From Kiritimatiellia bacterium (GTDB lineage: Bacteria > Verrucomicrobiota > Kiritimatiellia > RFP12 > UBA1067), in NCBI GenBank assembly GCA_017403825.1, contig JAFRDO010000014.1, positions 629 through 64,628 of the forward strand: DNA of 64,000 bases, in the 5' to 3' direction. Positions within the stretch are counted from its first letter, which is position 1. The number at the start of each line of letters is the position of its first letter. A model generated the notes under the pieces. The model was not told where the DNA came from. It saw only the letters and a list, made by a program, of their open reading frames with translations, and did no database searches. The position numbers and the translations under genes were made by a program. Below, piece after piece: positions 55,501 to 62,368 of this stretch.

Positions 55501-57264
55501 CGTATCGCGCATGTCGGCGTGGCAGAGACGTCCTTCCACGGCCGTCCTGGTGCCGACCGGCAGTTCAGTGGTCTTGGCGGAAGGCGTGTTGTTACCGATT
55601 TCGTTCGCGTCAGCCGTCCCGGCTTCGGCGTCGGCAATCGCCAGCATCTCCTCGAAACGCTTGATGAAGTTGTTGAAGTTCGCCTGGTCGGCCTTCATCG
55701 GACTCGCCACGGCGCCAAAGTACGTCAGGCGCGCAGCAACGGTACCGTCGCTCTTCAACAGCACGAAGATCGGAACGTTGGTGCGATTGGGGTTTTTGTC
55801 CTCGTTGCGCGGGTCGTCCGCTCCGTAGAACAGGTGGAAACCACCCTGCTCAGGCGTCTTGTAAGCCAGGTCGTGGAACTTCTTGAGCGTCGCGAGCGCA
55901 TCCGCGTCCGAAATGCCGTTGCGCGTCAGGTAACCGAGACCGCTGCGTACCACAGCATTGGTCAGCTTGGCCGGCGCACCGGACGCCGGATACTCCCATG
56001 CGCGCGCCAGCGTCGTCGCATAGGCATCTCTCGAGAAAAGCGTCGGGGACTCGCGGTCGTCGACGGTGGGCCCCTTGTAGTTCGGAACGTCCATCGCGAC
56101 GAGCGCCACGTTCTTCGACTTCGCCCACGCCTGGAAGCGGTTCTTGCCGGTCGCATCCTTGAGGTCTAGGAAGTTGCGGTCGGTGTTTGCGCAGTCGGGG
56201 CACCAAAGCGATCCCTGCACGCTTACGAGCGTATAAGCTTTCGTCGAGCCGGTAGTCGCCGCCGCCTTGCCCGCCGCGGACGCGCCGCCGGCCTTCGCCT
56301 TCACCAGCGCCTTGGCCGCATCGATGTCGGCCGTCCACTCGCCGAATTCGGCACCCTTCCACCGCGGATTGCCTGTGCCGTTCTCCTTCTCCACGAAATA
56401 GATGGTGTTCCTGTACTTCGCCGCAGACTCGCCGTTAATGACCGCGATGAGCTTGTCGCCGGACGCGAGACCGGACGGAATCGCCACCACGAGATCAAGC
56501 ACGGTCGCGCCCTTCGTCCAGCTGGCGGTGTACGTCTTGACAAGGTTGGCGTCTTTCACCGCATTCTTGTAGAGCTTCACGGAATCCGTTCCCACGACCG
56601 ACTTCTTGGCACTGCTGCGCGTCATCCTGAGCGCCACTTTCTTCGTCGACGCATCCACCTCATAACGGTTCCCGTCCGAAGCGTCCGTCAACTCAAACCA
56701 CCCGCCGACGGCCGGGGTGTAGCCCTTCAGGATGCTCTCGACCTTCTTTATGAACGTAGGGGCATCCATGCCGTTGCCGGAGAATGCGCCGCGCCACTTA
56801 TTGCTGTATGACTTACTCTCGTAGTCGTATTTTTTTCCGTCACCCCAGTAGACGCCAACATACGGGAACGATGTACTGCCACCATCACGTTTTGCAACCT
56901 GTTTGGCTACAGCGGACTCGTTCTTGGCAGGCCCCGGATAGCCGCCACAAGAAAAGACCATGTAAATCTGGTACTTCTTCTGCCAGTTGGTGAACGTCTT
57001 GGTGCACAGTTCAACCTCCGTTGCCGCGCAGTGACCGCACCCGTTGTTCGCCCAGAAGACAAGCACGGGGACATCCTCCTCCAACGCCTGCTTCATCGCC
57101 TTGTCCAGCTGGCTGGTCCATTCGCCGCGAACGATAGCCCCCTTCGAATTATAAGGTATCTTCGCCCCCTTAGAATTCTCAAAGACAGAATCCGTTGCCG
57201 CAATGACCGTCAACCCCGCCATCGCGGCAAGGCAGACTACCACTTTCTTTAGCATTTCCTTCAT
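52561..57264 (-). CDS. Giant secreted protein (1567 aa): N-terminal CGHC thioredoxin-fold domain, second CxxC (CPDC) thioredoxin-like domain, many beta-sandwich modules
   Basis: The ATG overlaps the PPIase stop (ATGA). Signal peptide MKEMLKKVVVCLAAMAGLTVIAA. WANNGCGHCAAT (residues 71-82) and SLWCPDCANT (~residue 355). It shares a C-terminal module with the 1369-aa protein (KLSIDRATGILSGSL vs KIAFNRATGVSSGSC). Confidence 0.75.
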   Translation of the reverse strand: MKEMLKKVVVCLAAMAGLTVIAATDSVFENSKGAKIPYNSKGAIVRGEWTSQLDKAMKQALEEDVPVLVFWANNGCGHCAATEVELCTKTFTNWQKKYQIYMVFSCGGYPGPAKNESAVAKQVAKRDGGSTSFPYVGVYWGDGKKYDYESKSYSNKWRGAFSGNGMDAPTFIKKVESILKGYTPAVGGWFELTDASDGNRYEVDASTKKVALRMTRSSAKKSVVGTDSVKLYKNAVKDANLVKTYTASWTKGATVLDLVVAIPSGLASGDKLIAVINGESAAKYRNTIYFVEKENGTGNPRWKGAEFGEWTADIDAAKALVKAKAGGASAAGKAAATTGSTKAYTLVSVQGSLWCPDCANTDRNFLDLKDATGKNRFQAWAKSKNVALVAMDVPNYKGPTVDDRESPTLFSRDAYATTLARAWEYPASGAPAKLTNAVVRSGLGYLTRNGISDADALATLKKFHDLAYKTPEQGGFHLFYGADDPRNEDKNPNRTNVPIFVLLKSDGTVAARLTYFGAVASPMKADQANFNNFIKRFEEMLAIADAEAGTADANEIGNNTPSAKTTELPVGTRTAVEGRLCHADMRDTFKLTNFKGAADVNVTITGSSDAKVVAQFMIEKDGAFELVGKPVTTAINANTALLGEFDEVGTCYLRVAGADIASAAFAIGSATANHFAEFTLTASVKSLDPQEDFASVPLAEGSSIHMSVDAGKVYRITGIVTDPLPEGLKKRDDGMFEATVNGDVALVASADGEIGYQKWVPSKVAFNDNEPKDGIGESVGKWTVTVMRSGGVSGSVSATVVVDVDKSTFYYDHKTKLLPRFAIDDEWGFMSKQLTWLDGDNEPKSLVITVEKSAELSKYFGDGQIVLALEGLASDNGDATLGKSSYTLKVKDESGKTQSTVSISGTEPTATFDTTVYARRSAGVTMTLHRSNDGKPLANSIGLKSSVSTVSFSGETILGSEVGWGADDYADKAVLVKGLPKAEKKATVSLNATSGSFKADKNAKSIVIVVVDDKAPAFVSDKIAQIKMVTYSTCSASVAFDPAYIQKGDVLSVELFKGSLPKGIKAKVSGQKLKLTGIPTAAGSYTAYFRACATRSKKLVKGMPVKVSFRVVDPTTVKPSDKTYGKLSNTAVKTSRTLSSLMVLSGGDPKRLAGTLDVTIPRSGKVSAKYACNGGTVSFSSKSWNAKDLSAADGTLTATLTPSKEGYALEVKAYSNGRVEATVIDKAFKDQDLTAKSSGTVWSSSASAKSWVGIYNGAIVPSGTPYYRGDGVYGAFTGEIVQPTNDKFAAPIGYGYVSLKLTSKAASKGKMTWAGKLPNGQAISGSAVLSKGVNNWVGRGGYAYLPIFKKLSADRFSIVAEIKANAAGDNGGNRSLLGCPDLSPVLPLGTWTHSGDNGTGYSMDIHLMGGLYDAAKSLKDCCTESSMNPSAMKLQVEVPEYAGYDRYAGRGKAQAIPVQTVSVGKNSISVTKATNKFKLSIDRATGILSGSLRLNYVAGGKTSYIDATWNGVLLTGWSAECDCSEGEELQMPFICGAFSFKDQVGKSSKDTALSGGRIYSGAAFPEK

Positions 57265-58484
57265 TTTCTTCCTTGTTTTGTTGTTTTAGAATCAGTTTTG
57301 TTTCCCTTTTCCTTCAAATCTGCTTTCGGCTGCTTGACTTCGGCACTCTTTTTTGCCGCTCCACCCTTCTTCGCCGCTCCCTTAGAACGCGATTGTTTGC
57401 CAGAATCTACAGCCTTGACGCCTTTTTTCCCCGATTTGTCCTTCTTGTGCGCGTTCTTCTTCGTCTTCGGCTTTACAACATCAGCCGCCTTGACAAGGGC
57501 CGCAATCTCCTTGGACAGAACCTGCTGCTCGTGCTGCTGGCGTTTCCTCTTCAAAAGCGTATCTTCGTCAACGATCTCCTGAAACATCGGCAACCTGAAG
57601 TAGATACGTGAAAGAGCATAGTCATCGCCCTTCTTGGCATTCACCTTCAAGATCATAAGCCCGTTGTCGCCCTCGATTGGAGGGGAGAATTGACCTGGCT
57701 GAAGTTTCTGGGCCCATTTGACGAGATCCTCGTCCGGCTCAAGCTGCTGAAGGCCAAGCGTGCCCCAGTCTCCTCCCTCCTTCGCCTCTCGCGGCACTTC
57801 CGAGAACTGCCGTGCGACCAGCTTGAAGTCCTCCCCAGCCTTCAGCTTCTCCCACGCATTAGTCGCCCGTGCGTAAACAACCGCATTCGTAAGCGCCATC
57901 TCGGCGTTGTACGCAGTAATTCTCTTTATCTGCTCCTTCGCGTAATTTGCCGGCAGGTTCGGCGGATTCTTCTCAAGAATACGCTGACGGACGGCGTCCT
58001 CCATCGCCTGTATGCGCACAAATTCATCCATTGCCGCCGCGAACGACCCGACTTTGCGGCGCAGATTGTCGTAGGTCATGCGACCTCCGAATCCCGACAG
58101 AAACTTCTTCCTCGCCTTTTCAATCGCCGCCTTGTCAACCTTGATCTTCTCATTCCTGACAAACTCTTCGAATACGACCTCACGGACGAACATCTTCGGC
58201 AAAGCCGACCTAAGACGCTTGCGAAGCTTCGGTATGTCGCTCAACGTCATCTTGGGATTCGCAATCGTGCTAACCTTGACAAGCATCTCCACCCGCTCGT
58301 TCAGGTTCGTCGAATGCAATTCACGCCCGTTGACCGTAATAACAACGCGGTTACGCACCGGCTTTTCGTCCTTCGCCGACTTGTCGGCAGCCGAAGATGC
58401 AGGCTTAACGTCAGGCTCGCCGTTGTCCCAACAGCCAACCAGCACCAGCGCAAGCGACGCCAGAATATACCACTTGATTTTCAT
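57261..58484 (-). CDS. SurA/PrsA-like lipoprotein peptidyl-prolyl isomerase (parvulin domain) with ~70-aa lysine-rich C-terminal tail
   Basis: Lipobox LVLVGC. SurA_N-like helical region. Parvulin-like GGDWGTLGLQQLEPD...FSPPIEGDNGLMILKV. The tail reads KPKTKKNAHKKDKSGKKGVKAV...KTTKQGRK. Confidence 0.7.
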   Translation of the reverse strand: MKIKWYILASLALVLVGCWDNGEPDVKPASSAADKSAKDEKPVRNRVVITVNGRELHSTNLNERVEMLVKVSTIANPKMTLSDIPKLRKRLRSALPKMFVREVVFEEFVRNEKIKVDKAAIEKARKKFLSGFGGRMTYDNLRRKVGSFAAAMDEFVRIQAMEDAVRQRILEKNPPNLPANYAKEQIKRITAYNAEMALTNAVVYARATNAWEKLKAGEDFKLVARQFSEVPREAKEGGDWGTLGLQQLEPDEDLVKWAQKLQPGQFSPPIEGDNGLMILKVNAKKGDDYALSRIYFRLPMFQEIVDEDTLLKRKRQQHEQQVLSKEIAALVKAADVVKPKTKKNAHKKDKSGKKGVKAVDSGKQSRSKGAAKKGGAAKKSAEVKQPKADLKEKGNKTDSKTTKQGRK

Positions 58485-58495
58485 AGTACTACTTT

Positions 58496-58501
58496 ATTAT
58501 A
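58496..58501 (-). promoter_or_regulatory. Possible -10 hexamer TATAAT for the PPIase-led operon (near-leaderless geometry)
   Basis: The reverse complement of 58496..58501 is TATAAT, 11 nt from ATG 58484 and just downstream of the terminator at 58538..58579. Confidence 0.3.
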
Positions 58502-58537
58502 GATATGCCGCGCACTGATGACAATGACAATTTTTTC

Positions 58538-58579
58538 AAAAAAAGAAGGGGCTGCGCAGTCGCGCAACCCCTCTTTTTC
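58538..58579 (-). terminator. Intrinsic (bidirectional-looking) terminator after the Cys-rich protein gene
   Basis: AAAAAAA-GAAGGGGCTGCGC-AGTC-GCGCAACCCCTC-TTTTT. The stem is 10 bp with one mismatch, the loop is 4 nt, and U-runs are present on both strands. It lies 18 nt after the stop at 58597. Confidence 0.6.
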
Positions 58580-58596
58580 GCAATCACGTTAAGTGA

Positions 58597-59403
58597 TTAG
58601 TCCTGGCAGACGCTGCAAGTAACATCCGAGCAAGCGCGCTTGTCGGCGAGCTTGACAGCGGTGGCAGTGCCCCAACCGGTCTTGGCCTGAGTCTCGGTGA
58701 GATTCGTGCCAACCTTGTCGGTGATGCCAGCATCCCACACGAGCGTCCACTTGCCATAGGCGGCCGTGTACGCGCAGGTGTAGGAGGTGTTGCAGCAGAG
58801 GTTCCACACATAGTTGCCGCAGACGGTCGTCGGATCGGCGCAGGGACCATTGCTGATCACAGCACCAGCCGGGAGCTGACCAGCGCAGTAGCCGGAAACA
58901 GCACCGAGCGTGATCTTGCCGTCGTGGTTGCCAACGAGGCCGAAGCCAGCGAACGTCATCTGAGCGACGTTCTCGCTGCACTTGTAGCCAACCGTGAAGG
59001 CCATCTCGGCCTTGTTGCGGTCCTCAGCCTTGCAGCCGATGCGGTTGAGCTGGATGAGCTCAGTCGTGTCAGCGTCGAGCTCCATCGGGCCGGCGTTGTC
59101 ATAATCGAAGAACGCGACATAAGCCGTGTCCTTCCAATCATTGCACTTGCAACCCTGATCGCCGCAGGTTCCTTCCTCGACGTCAGTGGTGCCATAGACC
59201 ATGCCCATGAAGCGACGGATCACCGGACCACGATAGGTGGCGGTGGAGCACTCATTGCACGCATCCTTGGCGACAACACTGCAGCTGGCGGTCGTGCGAA
59301 CCATCACCTTCAGGCGATAGCCGAACGGGCAGTCAGTGCAGGAGGCAGCGGAGGCGATACCGGCAACAGCCGTGATCGCAAGCGCTATAATAACCTTCTT
59401 CAT
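58597..59403 (-). CDS. Secreted cysteine-rich protein (19 Cys in 268 aa), function unknown
   Basis: Signal peptide MKKVIIALAITAVAGIASAAS. Cys occur in CxxC-like pairs (SCTDC, ACNEC, GCKC, LCC, TCSVC). Monocistronic, lying between the putative promoter at 59543..59551 and the terminator at 58538..58579. Confidence 0.6.
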   Translation of the reverse strand: MKKVIIALAITAVAGIASAASCTDCPFGYRLKVMVRTTASCSVVAKDACNECSTATYRGPVIRRFMGMVYGTTDVEEGTCGDQGCKCNDWKDTAYVAFFDYDNAGPMELDADTTELIQLNRIGCKAEDRNKAEMAFTVGYKCSENVAQMTFAGFGLVGNHDGKITLGAVSGYCAGQLPAGAVISNGPCADPTTVCGNYVWNLCCNTSYTCAYTAAYGKWTLVWDAGITDKVGTNLTETQAKTGWGTATAVKLADKRACSDVTCSVCQD

Positions 59404-59542
59404 TGTTTTTGTTCTTTCTGTTTTTCCCTCGGCGCCTTCGGCAAACGGTCCGTCAACGCTTCAGGAGGTTAACCTTGCCCCTTCCTCAGAATCAAGGTAG
59501 CAGACACCATGTCTGAAACCCTTCCTCGGTCAAGACACGCGT

Positions 59543-59551
59543 ATCATACCA
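59543..59551 (-). promoter_or_regulatory. Possible extended -10 element TGGTATGAT for the Cys-rich protein gene (implies ~135-nt 5' UTR)
   Basis: The reverse complement of 59543..59551 is TGGTATGAT. Confidence 0.3.
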
Positions 59552-59641
59552 TATTTTCCCTTCACTTTGCAAGGGGGTATTTTAAAAAATTTTTTCGCCC
59601 CTCTCTAACCCGCCTCCGCCTTGTGCCGCAATGGTCCGATT

Positions 59642-59650
59642 TGCTATAAT
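59642..59650 (+). promoter_or_regulatory. Extended -10 element TGCTATAAT for the GH20 gene
   Basis: GATTTGCTATAAT is identical to the 13-mer at 3904..3916. TTGTGC lies 18 nt upstream as a possible -35. ATG at 59698. Confidence 0.45.
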
Positions 59651-59697
59651 CACGACGGGCAAGCACCTACATATAAACGGAAAGGAACCAACATACC

Positions 59698-61284
59698 ATG
59701 TCAAGTCATGCAAGCCAAATGGGAAATGCCGAACAGCGGCGCAACCGCATCGTCGCGCTGGCCGTCGCACTGGCATGCATCACAGCGTTCGGCGGCGGGA
59801 TGCCCGTCCTGGTGCCTGCGCCGCGTCACATGAAAACGGACGAAGGCGAATTCCACGACAAGGCCGCCGACGCCGACGGGATTGCAGTGCAAGAAACGCA
59901 TGACGCATCGCTGCCGCCGGAGAGCTACCGGCTCTCTGTCACGACCAGCAGTGTGTCGATTGCGAGCGCGGACGCCGCCGGCGCATTCTACGCCCGGCAA
60001 ACGATAAGACAACTGGCGACGTGCGGCAAGACAGGAACTGACGGCACTGCCGACATCGCGATTCCCTGCGTGGAGATAGAGGATTCGCCGGCCTACCGCT
60101 GGCGCGGCGTTCATCTCGACGAAGTGCGTCACTTCTTCGGCAAGGAGAACGTGATGCGCATACTCGACCTGATGGCATACCACAAGCTGAACGTCTTCCA
60201 CTGGCACCTCACCGACGACGAGGGGTGGAGACTTGAGATACCAAAGTATCCCGAGCTGACGCGGATCGGCGCGAAGCGTCCCAACTCATGGAAGCGCGGC
60301 GGCAAGCCGCACAAGGTGAACGGCAGGAGCGTCATCGACCGCAACACCGAAGCGTATGGTCCTTATTTCTACACGGCGGACGACGTACGCGAGATCCTCG
60401 CCTACGCGGCGGCGCGTTACATCACCGTAGTGCCCGAAATCGAGCTGCCCGGCCACGCCGGCGCGGCGGTCACGGCCTACCCGCAACTCGCATGCAAGCC
60501 GGAAGGCGTGCGCGAACGCATCTGGGACGCCGGCTGGGGCAACACCATCGACGTGTTTTGCGCAGGCAACGACGAGACGATCCGATTCCTGGAGGGCGTG
60601 CTCGACTGCGTGTGCGAGCTGTTCCCGTCAAAGGTCATACATATCGGCGGCGACGAATGTCCGCGCACTCGCTGGAAGGAATGCCCGAAGTGCCAGGCCC
60701 GCATGAAGGCTGAGGGACTGAATGACGCGAACGACCTTCAGGCGTGGATTACGCGCCACTTCGCGGACTATCTGGAGAAAAAGGGACGCCGCATCATGGG
60801 CTGGGACGAGATCCTGAGCGGCGACGTGCCGCGAAGCGCCATCGGCATGAGCTGGCGCACAAGCCAGAAGAACGGCACCGGCGACAAGCTGACGAGCGGC
60901 GCAGAAGGCGCACAGCGCGGACACGACATGGTGATGACCCCGCACCTGATCTGCTACTACGACTACAGCCAGGACCTCCCAGACGACCCGTTCCAGTACA
61001 TCGGCGGACACGTCCCGCTGGAGAAAGCGTACTCGTTCGACCCTTGCGACGGCGTTGCGGACGATGCCCGGGCGCACGTGCTGGGAGGCCAGTGCAACAA
61101 CTGGTCGGAGTTCACCTGGAACGAGCACGACCTCGCCTGGAAGATGTGGCCGCGCACCTGCGCGATGGCAGAGGCGCTGTGGACGGCGCCGGCGCCACGC
61201 GACTTCAAGGACTTCTTAAAGCGCATGGAGGTTCACCGCAAGCGACTTGTGTCGATGGGCGTGAACTGCGCTCCGTTGCGCTAG
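59698..61284 (+). CDS. Secreted beta-N-acetylhexosaminidase (GH20)
   Basis: Signal-like N-terminus. GH20 motifs: YRWRGVHLDEVRHF, HKLNVFHWHLTDDEGWRLEI, VVPEIELPGHAGAA, IHIGGDECP, GWDE. Confidence 0.9.
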   Translation: MSSHASQMGNAEQRRNRIVALAVALACITAFGGGMPVLVPAPRHMKTDEGEFHDKAADADGIAVQETHDASLPPESYRLSVTTSSVSIASADAAGAFYARQTIRQLATCGKTGTDGTADIAIPCVEIEDSPAYRWRGVHLDEVRHFFGKENVMRILDLMAYHKLNVFHWHLTDDEGWRLEIPKYPELTRIGAKRPNSWKRGGKPHKVNGRSVIDRNTEAYGPYFYTADDVREILAYAAARYITVVPEIELPGHAGAAVTAYPQLACKPEGVRERIWDAGWGNTIDVFCAGNDETIRFLEGVLDCVCELFPSKVIHIGGDECPRTRWKECPKCQARMKAEGLNDANDLQAWITRHFADYLEKKGRRIMGWDEILSGDVPRSAIGMSWRTSQKNGTGDKLTSGAEGAQRGHDMVMTPHLICYYDYSQDLPDDPFQYIGGHVPLEKAYSFDPCDGVADDARAHVLGGQCNNWSEFTWNEHDLAWKMWPRTCAMAEALWTAPAPRDFKDFLKRMEVHRKRLVSMGVNCAPLR

Positions 61285-61324
61285 CCCGACGCCGACGACA
61301 AGACCAGAGCAAGAGGAACGACAG

Positions 61325-62290
61325 ATGGAAAAACATGACAAGGATACGATCTGGGCCGCGTTGTTGCACTTCGGCATAAACATGTGGTGCGACCAGCCGG
61401 TAAAAGCATACAAGGACTACTCTCCGGAAGACCTTGCTATGCTCGCGTCGGCGGATCACCTGCGGTTCGACGAGGACGTCTGGCGGCGCGTCACCGGACG
61501 CATGGCCGAGGTCGGCATGAACATGATCGTCATCGACGTCGGCGAGGGCATCCAGCTGAAGAGCCATCCCGAACTGGCGGTCAAGGGCTCGTGGACCATC
61601 GACCGCTTCCGCGCCGAGCTGGGCCGTCTTCGCAAGATGGGGCTTGAGCCCATTCCGAAGCTGAACTTCTCGTCGGCGCACGATATCTGGCTGAAGGATT
61701 ACAGCCGCATGCTCTCGACCCCGGAATACTACCGCGTCTGCGAGGACGTTATAGCCGAAGTCGGCGAGATATTCGACAGGCCGCGGTTCTTCCATCTCGG
61801 CTACGACGAGGAGAACTGGAAGTGCCAGCGGTTCTGCGCATACGCCGTGGTGCGGCAGGGCGACCAGTGGTGGACCGACTTCCTCAAGATATCCGGATTT
61901 GCCGAGAAGCACGGCATGCGTCCGTGGATATGGAGCGACTACGCCTGGGACCACGAGGAGGAGTTCATGCGCAGAATGCCGAGAAGCGTCCTGCAGTCGA
62001 ACTGGTACTACGGCACGCATTTCGAGTCCAGCAAGAATGCGCACAGGGTGATCCGCTGCAAGACTTTCGGACGGCTATCGGACGCCGGGTTCGACGAGAT
62101 ACCGTGCGGCTCCAACTACGAGAGCGACGATAACTTCGGCACGCTGGTGGCCTATTGCGGAAAGACCGTTGCGCCGGAACGCCTGAAAGGATTCCTGATG
62201 GCCCCCTGGTTCGTCACCGTGCCGAGCAAGGAGAAGAAGCTCCTCGATGCCGTCAATCAGGTCGGCGCAGTCATCAAGACCCGCGCCTAG
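61325..62290 (+). CDS. Cytoplasmic hypothetical protein, probably a TIM-barrel glycosidase-like fold
   Basis: 321 aa, RBS AGAGGAA. FFHLGYDEENW resembles the H-x-G-x-D-E acid/base motif of GH20-type barrels. The call rests on this resemblance only. Confidence 0.4.
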   Translation: MEKHDKDTIWAALLHFGINMWCDQPVKAYKDYSPEDLAMLASADHLRFDEDVWRRVTGRMAEVGMNMIVIDVGEGIQLKSHPELAVKGSWTIDRFRAELGRLRKMGLEPIPKLNFSSAHDIWLKDYSRMLSTPEYYRVCEDVIAEVGEIFDRPRFFHLGYDEENWKCQRFCAYAVVRQGDQWWTDFLKISGFAEKHGMRPWIWSDYAWDHEEEFMRRMPRSVLQSNWYYGTHFESSKNAHRVIRCKTFGRLSDAGFDEIPCGSNYESDDNFGTLVAYCGKTVAPERLKGFLMAPWFVTVPSKEKKLLDAVNQVGAVIKTRA

Positions 62291-62353
62291 CCGCCGCATC
62301 TGCGCCCGGAACCAGATTTTTCGTGTGGGTGCGTCCGCAAGCGCGGGATTTTT

Positions 62354-62361
62354 TGTATAAT
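62354..62361 (+). promoter_or_regulatory. Extended -10 element TGTATAAT 7 nt before ATG 62369 (leaderless geometry)
   Basis: Read directly. It is preceded by a weak GC hairpin plus a T6 run that may terminate the upstream gene. Confidence 0.35.
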
Positions 62362-62368
62362 ACGCCAT

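Noticed and set aside
48007-56169. Long + strand ORFs 48007..50790, 50830..52509 and 53047..56169 opposite the two giant protein genes
   Set aside because: They are antisense shadows. The minus-strand products have signal peptides, RBSs and repeated domain structure.
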